Position numbers and translations under genes: made by a program. Below, in pieces: positions 24,100 through 36,920 of a stretch of DNA of 64,000 nt. Source of the stretch: Callorhinchus milii (taxonomy: Eukaryota); the NCBI RefSeq assembly GCF_018977255.1, contig NW_024704742.1, positions 118,172,001 through 118,236,000 on the forward strand, in the 5' to 3' direction. Numbering within the stretch: the stretch's first letter is position 1; each line of letters opens with the position of its first letter. The notes under the pieces were generated by a model. It was not told where the DNA came from, made no database searches, and worked only from the letters and a program-made list of their open reading frames with translations.

Positions 24100-24650
24100 C
24101 TAACAACAACAACAACTTTGATTTATATAGCGCCCTCCACGCCAAACGGCGTCTCAGAGCGCTTTACAGTAACGGATCCCGGGGCCGAGCCAGGAGGAAG
24201 GGGAGGAAGGTGACCAAAGGCGCGGTCGAAAAGAAAGGTCTTCAGCAGAGAACTGAAAATGGGAAGGGAGGGAGCAAGACGAAGGGAGTGAGGAAGGGAG
24301 TTCCAGAGTTCGGAGAGTTTTAGGGAGAGGTCGGGTAGGTGGAGGAGGTGAGAGCCGTGAGATTTTAGACGTTGACGAGAGCCAAGGAGTATGGCGTCCG
24401 TCTTGTCAACGTTCAGCTGAAGGAAGTTTGCGCTCATCCAGCTCCTGAGATCTGACAGGCAAGCTGACAGAACATCAGGGGACTGGGGGTCGCAAAGAGA
24501 GGTGGAAAAATAGAGTTGGGTGTCACCTGCATACATGTGGAAATGTACCCCATGTCTTCGGATGATATCCCCAAGAGGGAGCATATAGATCAGAAAGAGG
24601 AGGGGGCCAAGGATGGATCCTTGGGGTACTCCGTAGGTAACCGGGTGAGA
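24100..24650 (-). mobile_element. L2 LINE of a second subfamily, internally deleted
   Basis: GVPQGSILGPLLFLIYM, FHMYAGDTQLY, jumping to LWNSLP and a variant tail. Confidence 0.88.
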
Positions 24651-25369
24651 GCGATATATAAATAGATCGATATATAAATAGGAGTCATTTTTCAAGATAT
24701 CCTGGAAAAGACAGGTAAATGGGCTTGAAAGGATTGTTTTTTCAAAGAGTCAACACAGACACGATGGGCCGAATGGCCTTCTTCTCTGCTGTAAATTTCT
24801 ACAGTTCTCTGGCTTAACAAACTAAGATCACAAGATTGGTTTGGATGAAGAAGGCACATTTTACCTTATCCTTCCTGAATATGAATCCTACCATCTTCCC
24901 ATCACAGTTTCAACCTGTTTGGTAAATGAATCCACTGTCCTGGCCTCAAACTCTCTGCCTGACAATCTGTTACAATCATTAATTATCCTCTGGTTAAAAA
25001 AAAACTTCCTGGTGTCTGTCCTGAAATTGCCCTTTGCAACTCTAAACCTATGTCCCCAAAATATATAGTCACTACACTTTACAGTATATTCTGTGAAGGG
25101 CTTTGGGATGTCTTGAAGACCCGATAAGGCGCAATATCAAACGCAAGGATTATTATTATTTATTATCATTATGTCTTGTTCCACTCACTTGGTACAGCTA
25201 AAGTGTTGGTCTGGGTTTACTTTTTCAATCCCATTTAAAATTTTATACACCTCCTTAAGGTCCCCTCTGGGATGTGTTCTCTTTGAGAACTGAAGAGCCC
25301 GTAGCTTGTCTAATCATTGCTCACAGCTCATTCCACTCACACTGGAGATCATCCTCGTTGCTGTACTTG

Positions 25370-25790
25370 TATGATCTGAACCAGTCAAGGACAGAGCCAT
25401 GAAGGTTGAGGTGAGAGAAGAGACAGTGGATGAGGATAGAGTGGTCGATGGTATTGAAAGCAGCAGAGCGGTCAAGGAGGACAAAGAGGCAAAAGGAGCC
25501 CTGGTCGCAGATGGATAGAATGTCATTTGTCACTTTGACCAGGGCTGTTTCTGTGCTGTGGGCGGCACGGAAACCCGAATGGAGGGGTTCAAGAAGGGAG
25601 TGGCGGGAGAGGAAGAGTGAAGCTGAGAAGCAACAACTCGTTCCAGGACCTTGGAGAGGAAAGGGAGGCTGCAGATGGGTCGGTAGTTTGGGAATAGAGA
25701 AGGGTCCAGGGAGTGTTTTTTAAGGATAGGAGTCATGATGGTTTTTAATGTTGTGGGAACAGTACCGGAGGACAGGGAGAGGTTTATGAT
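25370..25790 (-). mobile_element. L2 RT N-terminal fragment
   Basis: TPILKKHSLDPSLFPNYRPICSLPFLSKVLERVVASQL, LLDRSAAFNTIDH. Confidence 0.88.
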
Positions 25791-25875
25791 GTCCCAAATA
25801 AAAGGTAAAGTAATGCAGATGCTGGAAATATGGTATAAACACAGAAGTCGCTGGGGACACGCAGCAGGTCAGGTG

Positions 25876-25912
25876 AGTTAACGTTTCAGGTCTATGGCCT
25901 TTCATCAGAACT
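25876..25912 (-). ncRNA. Minimal type I hammerhead ribozyme motif (Penelope-associated type)
   Basis: Minus strand: AGUU-CUGAUGA-A-AGGCC-AUA-GACCU-GAAA-CGU-U-AACU. Stem I AGUU/AACU, intact CUGAUGA and GAAA cores, stem II with one mismatch, loopless palindromic stem III (ACGU), GUU cleavage triplet. Confidence 0.7.
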
Positions 25913-26257
25913 GGGGGATGTTGGAAGGGAGCAGATTATAAGGAGAAGCAGAGAAGGGGGCGGGGAAAGAAAGACAAAGGAAACATTTTTAGATGGAGAT
26001 GAGATTAGAGGATGATAATGCAAGACAAAAGTCAATAGGATTATAAAATGAACGCATCTTCGAATATAAAATAGATGCATCTGTTAGTTTTATAATCCTC
26101 CTACTGCCCCTTTTGCCTTGCACCATCAACATCTCTAATCTCATTATTTTCTATTCTCCATCTAAAAAGTCTCCTTTTTCTTTTCCCGCCCCCTTCTCTG
26201 CTTTCTCTTTATAATCTGCTCCCTTCCAACGTCCCCTAGTTCTGACAAAAGGTCATA

Positions 26258-26640
26258 CCCTCGTAAGCGAGAGACCTGAGTTTGATTCCCAGCATGGCAA
26301 AACCTTGGGCAAGTTTCCTTACTCCGCAAGCCTGATAATGTGGAGTTCTGTAGCTCAGTGGTTAGAGCACTCGCCTCGCAAGCAAGAGACCTGGGTTAGA
26401 TTCCTGGCAGGGTGAAACCTTGGGCAACTTTCCTTACTCCACACACCTGATAATCCTTCAAGAAAAAAAAGAATAGTAATGTGGTCACACAATCCATGAC
26501 TATTTGTGGGACACTGTTGTGTGCAATTGGCTGCCACATTTCACCCACAAATATACAGTCAATTCACTTTATATTCTGTGAAGTGCTTTGAGACATCTTG
26601 AAGATGTGAAAAGCGCTATATCAAATGCAAGAATTATTGT
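26258..26640 (+). mobile_element. tRNA-Ala-derived SINE preceded by a partial second head
   Basis: Partial head 26258-26340, full head from 26345 (tagctcagtggttagagcactcgcctcgcaagc), body and tail to 26640. Confidence 0.9.
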
Positions 26641-28593
26641 TATAGATCTGAAATGTTAATTCATTTTCCTCTTTCCATGGATGCTGCCTGACCTGCTGCG
26701 TGTCCCCAGCGATTTCTGTGTTTAATCTCCTAAATAAATTGGTCATTCACTTCATAATAATAAGAATAATCCTTGCATTTGATATAGCTCTTTTCACGTC
26801 TTCTAGACGACTCAAAGAGCGCACAGAATAACTTCATGGCCATTTATGAGACATTGCTGGGTGCAAATTGTTTGCTATGTTTGCTCACAAGATACAGTAT
26901 ACCAATTAATTGTTTTGAGATATCCTTCTGATGTGAAAGGCCCCATATCAAATGTAAGATTTGTGTTATTTACTATTATAATAATGTATTTCTGCATAAT
27001 TAAATTGATTCATCCAGACAAAGAAGTGCAAAAAGGCTCTGATATCCCCCCACCCCCCATTCCATCGCTCAAAAGCACAATTCCCATTTCTATTCTCCAG
27101 AGTAGAATCGACCAACAACTATCCTCCTGGGAGGCTAAGGAGGTCTTCGTGGAGCTGAGCAGACTCCCAAGGTGATGTGCTTGGCAGGGGAATGTTGGAA
27201 TTGACTCAATCCTCTGTAGCAGTCTCAGTTGTCCAGTTACTGAGACAGTCGGATCCACAGTACTCCAAAGCACTGCCGATGACAGCCCAGCCAGCCTGGC
27301 TCATCAGCAGGACCAGGAAAGGCAGACTAGAAGCAGAGATTATTCCAACTCAACTCCCGTTAATCCTGCAACTCTAAGTCCTTCAAATATGTGACTTCAC
27401 CAACAACAATCAGATGTGAAAGGCAATATCCCAAATATAAGAATTATTATTAATTTTATTGATTCAGATTGGCGCTCAGAGTCAAATCTCTCCCTTTATA
27501 ATGTACCCTATAGCGTCTGGTCAATGTGAAAATTAATCAAATAGAGCTAAACATGAGGTCTAAATGGAGACCATTAGTTTTATTTTTCAATTCAATTTAT
27601 TTCAACAATTCATAGTGTATGGTTTACATCTCCTGTAAAATTTATGAATAGGAAGTGTTTTCTCTGAACGTTAAATCGCTGTTTCACATTACATTCATTT
27701 GACTTTAGCCATTATCCTTCAAAAGGCACAGTCGAAGTACTTGCACACTCAGCAGTTTTTTTTATATATATGCAGGAAACAAATGACTTGAAGCACATTG
27801 AAAGCAAAAATAAGAAAGATGCAATTTGTGAGACATTACTTATATCTTCCCTAAGTCTTTAGCTCCACTGAGAACACAAGTAGAATATAAATCTATGCTT
27901 AAAGATAAAGACTAGAAAAAGGCTTCCAAATGTTCATTAAAAAAAATGTCAGTTGAGCTGATAATGCTCTTTCAATTAACTCATTAAAAAAGGATACATA
28001 TCTACTTTAGAGTTGTGTGGGAAAATGAATGAACAAAATGCTGCTTGTTGCAAAAACTTTGTGGGTAAATGCCCACTATAATAATAATAATCCTTGCATT
28101 TGATGTAGCACCTTATCATGTCTTCGAGACGTCTCAAAGCACTTCACAGAATATACTATAAAGTGGATTGACTATTTTGTGGGCAAATCACTCATGTAAC
28201 CATCTCAGAAATAGAGTACAACTTTGAATATCTACGAAAGGCGCTATCAAAAATGTAATTTTGTTGTTATTGTATTAATATTTTAATGATTTCAGTTACT
28301 TCATATTTGCATAACATGTACATATTGGATTTTTAAACTTAAATTTGAAGCTGCAATATCACATTTTGGTGTGTCAGCCTTGCTCATTTGGTAGCACTCC
28401 TGCTTTGAGTCAGAAGGTTGTGTGTTCGAGCCCCATTCCATCGCTCAAAATATTCTAACACAATTCGCATTGTCATTATCGTGCATAGTACCAACCAGTG
28501 ACTATTGTCTTGGGGGGGATAAGGGGCCCCTGGAGCTGAGCTGGCTCAAATGCAAGGATTATTATTAGTTGTTTCCAATACTAACATCACATT

Positions 28594-28932
28594 ACTTGCC
28601 TCGCGAGGTCCTAGGTTTGAATCCCGGCAGGGTGAAACATTGGGCAAGTTTCCTTACTCAACATGCCTCTGTTCACACTAGCAGCGAGTAGGAACCTGGG
28701 TGTTAGATGGTTGGTGGATCAGTTTTTCTGGGGATGATAATCCTTGCCAAAAAAAAATTTGGTCTCTCAATCCACGACTGTTTGTGGGACGCTGCTGTGC
28801 ACAATTGGCTGCCGTGTTTCACCCACAAAATATACAGTCAATTCACTTTACAGCATATTCTGTGTAGCACTTTGAGACGTCTCAAAGACGTGATAAGGCG
28901 CAATATTATATGCAAGGATTATGATTATTATT
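28594..28932 (+). mobile_element. tRNA-Ala-derived SINE
   Basis: Same head remnant, body (ttgggcaagtttccttactc, gtgcacaattggctgcc) and tail. Confidence 0.88.
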
Positions 28933-29196
28933 ACATAACTGGGTACACAACAGTCTGTTTCCAATGTGGGAGAATGCATTAAGGGTGGGAGGAACAATTC
29001 CCTGAGCAATTGTTTCATACTCACTATATACATTGCAGGAAACGAGTTCTTCAAAAGAGAGGATGGCATTTAAGAACATTTGATGGAAAGTAGTTGTTAT
29101 TGTGGGATTTGAGTGGCCCAACAGAGGGAGCCAATGTGTAGCTTAAAACCAAAGCAAGACAACCGATGATGATGATGAAGAGCCGGCACAGACATG

Positions 29197-29455
29197 ATAA
29201 TAATAATAATAATAATCCTTGCATTTGATATAGCGCTTTTCACGTCGGGAGGACGTCCCAAAGCGCTTCACAGAACACACAGTAAAGTGAATTGACAGTA
29301 TATTTGTGGTCGAACGCGGCAGCCAATTGCACACAGCAATGTCTCACAAACAGTCCTAGTTTGAAAAATGACCAATTTATTATTGTTTTTGGTTTTGGAG
29401 GGATTATTATTAGGCTGTGTGTGGAGTAAGGAAACTTGCCCAGGGTTTGGCCCTG
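29197..29455 (-). mobile_element. SINE (5' truncated) upstream of SCAMP1 promoter
   Basis: (TAA)n, intact stem-loop, family body. Confidence 0.88.
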
Positions 29456-29619
29456 ACCTGCCCTGACCCAATGGGCTCCTTCTGTGCGGCATCATTCCAC
29501 GGCTTTGTAAGGGTCGGAGCCGGTGACACAATAGCTCGAGCGCTGCCACAACCTTTCCTTGTGTCTCTGAAGCCCGTTTGAAAACTTAAGAGCGATTCTG
29601 AGCCGAACTGCTCGTGTCG

Positions 29620-30250
29620 CAATTCAAACAACAGCGGCAGAAAAGCCGAACGCGAACCGAACGGCGTAACCGGACAGTTTGACTGTCAAACAGCTAACGG
29701 CCGCCCCCGCCTGGCGACGAGCAGCTCGAGCGTCACCTGACACCCCGCTCGCTCGAGCTTCACCCCACGTGACCGGCAGGGGGGCTCGCTCGCGGGGCTG
29801 ACGTACGGCTGGTCGCGTGACCCACGCGGCGTCACTTCCGGAGCGGCCATCTTCTTGTTGTCGGATGTGAACCGAGTGGTGGTTTAAAGGGGGGGCGGCG
29901 GCGGCGGCGCTCACAGACAAGAGAAAGGCGTCGGTAATCAGCGGAGATCGGCTGTTGTGTGACAGACGCAGAGACAGGTGCTCAGGATCATCCACTATGT
30001 CGGACTTTGACAGCAACCCCTTCGCTGACCCCGAGTTCAATAATCCCTTCAAGGTAAAGCGAAGCCGACAAGCATCTGTTTTGTGTGTTGAGGTGAGGCC
30101 GAGGCTCCAGGGCCCTCCTCCCCGTCACTGGACAGACCCTGAGCCCCGGCCCCGGGCCCTCCGCGTCCCTGGCAGCAGGTGACAGGAGCCGCCCAGCTCG
30201 TCCCAAACCCGCTGCCGAGCTGAGCTGCATCACCCGCAGCGAAAACATTC
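29620..30250 (+). promoter_or_regulatory. SCAMP1 CpG-island promoter / 5' UTR
   Basis: CpG-rich. GC box CCGCCCC at 29701, GTCACCTGAC 29732-29741, CACGTGAC 29766-29773, GTCACTTCCGG (ETS) 29831-29841, YY1-type CGGCCATCTT 29844-29853, all upstream of ATG 29997. Confidence 0.85.
29997..30053 (+). CDS. SCAMP1: Secretory carrier-associated membrane protein 1, exon 1
   Basis: MSDFDSNPFADPEFNNPFK|gtaaag; two NPF motifs, nearly identical to the human SCAMP1 N-terminus. Confidence 0.97.
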
Positions 30251-31659
30251 CCGACCAGGATTTATTGGAAGTTTTGGTTTCTGTGTTCCGCTGTGTCCTG
30301 TCTGTACAGAGGCCCCGACTTCCACCACCTTCCGCTTGTCTCCTCTTTTCCCCTTTCCCTCCGATCCCTGATTTTTCTCTCTCTCTTCTGACTCGACCCC
30401 CTCCCATCTTTCTTGCCCCTGATCCCTCCCACCTCGCTCTCTTTTGCCTCTGTTCCCTCCTCCTCCCCCTGGCCCCTCCCACTCCCTCTTTTTTTGCCTC
30501 TGATATCTCTCTTCCTGCTGTTTTCTCCCTCTGATCATTTACAACAACAACAACAAAATTACGTTTGTATAGCGCCTTTCACGTCGGGAGGACATCCCAG
30601 GCGCTGGTTTACACCCTTCATCTCTTTCATGTCCCAATCCCCCACATATTTTGTGCCCCTAATATCTTCATCCTGATTTTTTTCGCTGATTGTACCCTTC
30701 ATCTTTCTTTCCCTGATCTCACATTTTCTTGCCCCTGATATCTTTATCCTTTTTTCACTCTCTGATCATACCGTTCATCTCTTGCTTCCCCGTCTCTTTG
30801 TTGCACCTGATCCCGTGTCTCTCTTGCCCCAATCCTGCCCTCTTCCCCCCTCCCCCCCCAACAAAAACTTTTCCTGTGGGCCCTGCTTGTTTTCTCCTTC
30901 TAGCTCATAGAAGCTCCTCTCACCATCTACTACTTTGCTCACCTTTTTGCCCCTTTTTGTTTGTGGAAATGAGTTTATGTAATATCTTTAGCAACAGATT
31001 AAAGTGCAAATGCTATTTTGAATGATTTGGTCACAGCGAGGCTTTAAAATAGATCTTTAGGGCATGGTGTTTTAAAACAGCAACTAAGGCATCATTGAAG
31101 TGTAACTTCAATGTTATAGTCTAAGGTTGTAACTGGTAAGGGTTAAGTAAAAATAAAAGCCAAGGACTTTAAAATGTCTATATGGAGGTGAGTTGGGGAG
31201 AGAGAGATCAGTGGCAAAGATTATTTTTGGATAATTATTCTGAAATGGTGCTTAATTTTCTCATACTTTAGAGGCTGCTACTAAAGTGGATCTTTAGCAT
31301 TGTTTGGAAGTGTGTAACACTTTTCATTCTGTATTGAAATGAATTCAACTTATGATGCATTTCCTAGAAATAAATTGGCTTCTGAAATAATTTTGATTCA
31401 AGACGAGATTAAGCAATAACTGGGAATCAATGGGATGTGTTAGGACAGTTGTTCTTCAGATGTTCTTGTCATTTGTAATTTCATTCAAGATTTGCATACT
31501 CATTCCATACATAAAGAAGGAAATAGAAGGATAAGGAGGAGGGTAGGCGTATGTGGGGGATGTCTGAAACCTGGAAATGCATTGATCTTTCGATGTACAA
31601 AGAATGTACAGCATGGAAACCAGTCACTCAATGTTGGTGTTTATACTTCACATGAGTCT

Positions 31660-32750
31660 CCACCCATTCCTTTAGTCTTGAGCCTCTCATGCGGCACTTT
31701 ATCAAAGGCCTTTGTGAAAGTAAACTACATCAACTGCATTTCCCTCGCCTATTGGTTACATCTTCAAAGAATTTGATAAGCTTGGTCAAGCATGACCTTC
31801 CTTTCATAAATCATGCTGGCTGTGCTTAATTATATTTTTCTTCTCCAGATGATTAGTTACTTCATCTTTTAAAATAGATTTTAATACCTTACCCACAACC
31901 GACATTAAACTGACTGGCCTTTAGTTTCCTAGATTAGCTTTATCATCCTTTTTAAAAATGAGTATTACATTGGCCATTCTCCAGTCTTCTAGCCCAATTC
32001 CTTTCTCTGCAGAGTTCTTGAAATATTTTTTTTATCTATATATACACATAAATATAGATAAACCTGTCTTCAAAAACCACTCGAGGGACTGGGCCAAAGT
32101 GGCCTTTATATAAGGTCTCTGAATAAGGGCTCATTGACATGTGTAGAATTTCTAAGTGCATAGAAAATACTGAAAAGGGTGTTGGTAAAAAGGCACAGAT
32201 GTAGAAGAACTAAAGAAGAGTGACTGCTGGTTGCATTAGACAGGTGGTTGCTGCATAATAGTTTGGCAAAATTGATCTAGATTGTTCTAGGATGGTTGTT
32301 TACAAGGGTGGTTGTTGAATGGGAGTGGTTTCTGGAAAAAATTGACTGTATGCTGGAGTCTCTGCTATCTCCTCCCTGGTTTCCCAGAATAGCCTTGGAT
32401 GCAGTCCATCTGTGCCTTTAAGCTTGTATAATTTATTTAATACCTTCCTTCTCCCAATCTAAACTGTTGCAATTTTAGACCCTGCCCCTTCTGTCCTTAC
32501 TAAATTTTCTTTATCAGCTTCCTTTGTGAAAACTGAGGCAAATATTAATTGTATTATTTCTGCCATTTCCTTATCTACTGTGAGTTTATCACCTTCTCTC
32601 CTTGATGGTCCTATCCCTACTTTAACCATTCTTTTATTGCTAACACCTAAACACTTTCTTTTTATATTTTTTGCTCTGTCCTCCTCGTGGTTCCTCATTG
32701 CCTTCCAAATTGTCTTTTTAATTTCTTTCTTAAATTTGCTGAGATAACCC
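31660..32750 (-). mobile_element. CR1 LINE RT fragment interrupted by a Tigger/pogo-like MITE (about 32050-32350)
   Basis: Minus strand gives EMAEIIQLIFASVFTKE, DWRMANV, NLGN*RPVSLMSVVGKVL, FTKAFDKVPH. The insert begins tatagataaacctgtc and ends ttgactgta. Confidence 0.8.
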
Positions 32751-34209
32751 TGTAGTCAATAAAGTGCCAATGCTCAATGTTGAGTTACACACAAATGGCC
32801 ATTTCTATGTAGCATAGGAACTGTTTACCCCTTCCTTCCCCCATCATGGAAAAGTAAAATATTAAATGCCTTCAAAGACAGAATAAGGAAATTGCCAAGG
32901 GAAAGCCAAGGAAACATCACTGTTGCAGACGGTAGTTATCACTATCATCTGAAGTAGGTTTTTGTCCTGCTTCTGGAGGTTACAGCAAGATGAATATCTA
33001 GTCTCCTTGTAGCTTAGGGTGTGTTGTTTTTCTGGTTGTGGGCACTAGTCCTCCCCTCCTGTCCAACTGTAGAGGTGATGTAAAATATAATGGCAGAGTA
33101 TAAGAAGGAATTGAGCCATGTTGATGACACCAAGGAATATAGCCATGACAAGTAGTGGGTAGATGGGTGCCATTCAAAAGGAGCAGGGCACAAACCTTTT
33201 AGCAGAGGCATGGCGACTGGGGAAGTCAGATTAAATCTGTTGCTTGCTTGCACAGACATTCGCCTGGAGATCCTGGAAGATCTGTGGCCAGAAAATTAGT
33301 AACATAAAACTGCACCAGTGCAGTTTCAATGTTCCTGCTGGCAGATCAAGTAACGCCTGGACAGTAAACAGTGGAATCCTACCATCAGCAGTACTGCATC
33401 GTGGGAGGTGCCATCCTTCAGATAAGACATTAAACCAATAGTGGCCAACCTGTGCCTGTGGGCCGGAAGTGGCCCCCAAGCCCATCAAAGCGGACCTATG
33501 AACATTCGCGCGATTCTAGGTGAGTCCATGTTTGATCAGTAGTGTGTTTTCAGTTTTTCTTGATTGAATAATTCTTGATTTATGGCATTAATCAAGAGAT
33601 ATTTAATCAAGAACATTTATTTTGTTGGCCAACCATAAAGTTTGGCCACCAGTGCACTAAACTAAGGTCCGGTCTGCCTCGCCAGGTGGATGTTAAAGAT
33701 CCAGTGGCACTATTCAAAACTAGAAGAGAGTTAACCTTGGTGTGCTGGCCAACAGCTTCCCAAACAAAATAAGTCATTTTGTTGGCTGTTTGTGTCACAT
33801 TTCTTTCAGCAAATCGCTTGTTGTATTCGCCCACAAAATATGGTTACTATGTAGTATTCTGTGAAGTACTTTGCTTGTAATAATAAATAATCTTTGCATT
33901 TCATTTTTGTTTTATCACATCTTTAAGACATCACAAAGCGCTTCTGGATATACTGTTCGGTGGATTTGAATGTAGCAGCCAATTGCGCCCAGCAATGTCC
34001 CACAAACAGTCATGGAATGAGTGACCAATTTTATTTGGGGAAATTTGTTAGCGAGGATAGAAGGAGAAACTCCCCTCCCTTTTTGAATAGTGCTATGGGA
34101 TCTTCAATGTCTACCTGAGCAATGTGGCTCTTTTGTAGTTATGAGACTTAAAATCAGAATTATACAGTAAATGGACTATTTCATTGGTTAGTCAGTGAGT
34201 TAAACAGAA

Positions 34210-34523
34210 GATGCGAGAGATTTCCGCAGGGCGAAACGTTGGGCAAATTTCCTTACTCCACACGCCTGTTTACCCAACAGTAAGTAGGAACCCAGTTGTT
34301 AGTTGTTTGGCAGATCGCGTTTCCGGGGGGTAATAATTCCTTTTTTAAAAAAAATTGGTCACTCAATCCATGATGGTTTGTGGGACACTACTGTGTGCAA
34401 ATGGTTACCACGTTTTACCCACAAAATATACAGTCGATACACTTTACACTATATTCTGTGAAGCACTTTGAGACGTGTTGTAGACGTGATAAGGTTATAT
34501 ATGAAATGCAAGGATTATTATTA
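34210..34523 (+). mobile_element. tRNA-derived SINE in SCAMP1 intron 1
   Basis: Family body and aaatgcaaggattattatt tail. Confidence 0.85.
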
Positions 34524-35529
34524 AGATAGGAATCATATAAATGATTATATTTTTACTCGGGCTTCAACTTGTATTGATATATTGCACTACACATAGGACA
34601 ATGTCTGAGTTGCTGGGTGGGGGTGAGATGTGTGTGTGTGTGTGTGTGCCTCTCTCTGAGTGTGTGCCGCTCTCTGGATATAGGCACAGCCCCATCCTAC
34701 AGTAGCAACACAGCAAGGTTGAGCAAACAGCCGGCAGCAGTGCGCAGAGGCCCAGGCATTGAGCAAACTTTGTTTTTAGCAGAAGGAGTTTTTAAGCGAA
34801 TTCTGCAGAAAAATTGCACCTCATTGCCTCATCTTAATACTTTGAAACCCTTCAAAGTGCAGTGGCTGCTAGGAAGTAAATGTCCAATCTAATTGGAGCA
34901 TTGTTGGCCAGGATACAAGGAAAAACGCTTTGAATAGTGGTACTGATTCTTTAATGTGCACTTGAGCAAACAGATGAGATTTTGGACCGTACCCTTGACA
35001 ACGCAGGGCTCCTCCATCGTCTTCCTTCCCCCCCCCCCCCCCACTCCCCCAAACACTGCACTGTTCAGCCTAGGCCATGAGCTGTGAGATTTTGCAAAAG
35101 CTGATCCCACAAATTGGTAACTGAAACTTTTTATATATTAAAAAAAAGTACTTCGATACTTAAACTCTTAAATATTTTCATGATTGATCTGGTCTTGTAT
35201 TTAAATCCCCTTTCTATTCCTGCTTCTGTAATGAAACTACTGTCATCATGTTTCATACAATGAGTTTTACTGTCCTGTTGAACCATCAGAATGCAAAATA
35301 AAGTTACCTGGGTTGAGTCACTATAACTATTTTTTGCATTTTGCGATGGGTGTTTATTGCATTGCGTCATTATGTATGTTTTGGCAGATCTCCAGGTTTA
35401 AGTGTTATTTATATTAGGAGTGCCTCCAAATAGCCAGCGAAGCATCTAAAATAACCCAAACTACATAGCCATAAAATGCAATACTTGGTTTAACAAACTC
35501 ATGTAAGGTTATTTGCTTTTTTCCCGGGG

Positions 35530-36920
35530 GGAGGTTTCAGTTGGCATGGTTGATGAGGAAGGTCTTGAAGGGCAATCTGAAGATGGGGAAGGAAGGGGCA
35601 AGGTAGAGGGATGGAGGAAGAGTGCTCCAGAGTTTCAGGGCAAGAGAAAGTTCCATGTGTAAATGGTATATATTATGTGAAACTCTTTCTCGTTTGGTCA
35701 TATTGGTAGCCTGACCTGCCGAAAAGAGTGCAAAGGTGACTGAAAGCATAGTCGTAAAAATAGTTTTTAAGGGAGTGTGAGATGGAGGGATTATACGATG
35801 GAGTTCAGAGAGAGGGGTCAGAACACTTGCCCAATATTGGACTTCAACAACAACTTGAATTTTATATAGCGCCCTTCATGCGGGATAGTGTCCCGGAGCT
35901 AATTTGCCCGCATATCATACATAGTTCATTGAGCGGTGGGAGCAGTCAGGGCATAGGAGGATTTGAGTGTGAAGACTATGATGTTGAATTTGATCCATTC
36001 CTATGTGGAGACGAACAAGGATGAGGGTGATGGGCTCACAGAGCCTAGTATGGGAGAGGACAGGCTGCAGAATTCTGGATTGTCTGGGGAGGTAGGAAGT
36101 AGGTTTCAAGGATAAATTGTATATTTTGAAATAGGGTTTCAGTGACTATAATGTGGTCCACTTGCAGCAATGATTGCTAAAGTCCTGGAACACATTGTTG
36201 AAGGTCAACTTCGGTCACACTCCCCCTCCACTCCCTCTTTGAGCCCTCGCAGTCTGGTTTTCACACTGCCCACAGCACAGAGACAGTGCTTGTCAAAGTC
36301 ACAAACGATGTCCTCTCTATCTGTGACTAGGGCTCCCTCTGCCTGCTCATCCTCCTGGATCTCTGCTGTGTTCGACACAGTCGACCGCATCATCCTCCTC
36401 TCCTCCATCATCCATCGCACTCGCATGGTTCGAGTCCTAATTAACGAACTGCCTCCACTTCATCTTGGCAAGTGGTTTCTCTTCCTGCCCCCCAGTCACC
36501 TGCAGGGTACCCCATGGCTCCATCCTTGGCGATGTCATCCACAGACCTAGGGTAAACTTCCACATGTATACGGATGACACACAAATCTACTTTGCCTCCT
36601 CCAACATCAACTCCAGGTCTGCCGATGTTCTATCAACTTGTCTGCAGACATCAGGGCCTGGATGAGTATAAACTTCCTGCAGCTGAATGTGGACAAGACG
36701 GAAGCCATACTCTGGTTCTCGTCAATGCCTTCTCTCTTGCAGATCTAAACGCCTCAACCTTTCAGCCACTCCGCCCCCAAACTGTGGAACACTCCCTTAA
36801 ATCCTGTCACCCTTACGTTGCCCCCCCCCCACCCACCCCCAGCTTGAAGTCAGGCTCCGCCACTGTTAACCGCTCTGTGATGCCACGTGGAGGGTGCTAT
36901 ATAAGTGTAACTTGTTGTTG
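35530..36920. mobile_element. Two old L2 fragments in opposite orientation (minus 35530-36090, plus 36170-36920)
   Basis: KVLEHIVEGQL, SAVFDTVD, FHMYTDDTQIY on plus; LWSTLP and tail pieces on minus. Confidence 0.75.

Larger units (their letters stand above)
25813..26724. mobile_element. Palindromic (tail-to-tail) Penelope-like non-autonomous element, right arm interrupted by SINEs
   Basis: Left arm 25836-26059 is the reverse complement of 26073-26257 plus 26641-26724 (e.g. aaacacagaagtcgctggggacacgcagcaggtcagg versus cctgacctgctgcgtgtccccagcgatttctgtgttt). The TGCAGATGCTGGAAAT start and the hammerhead motif resemble chondrichthyan Penelope-type termini (family assignment from memory). Confidence 0.75.
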
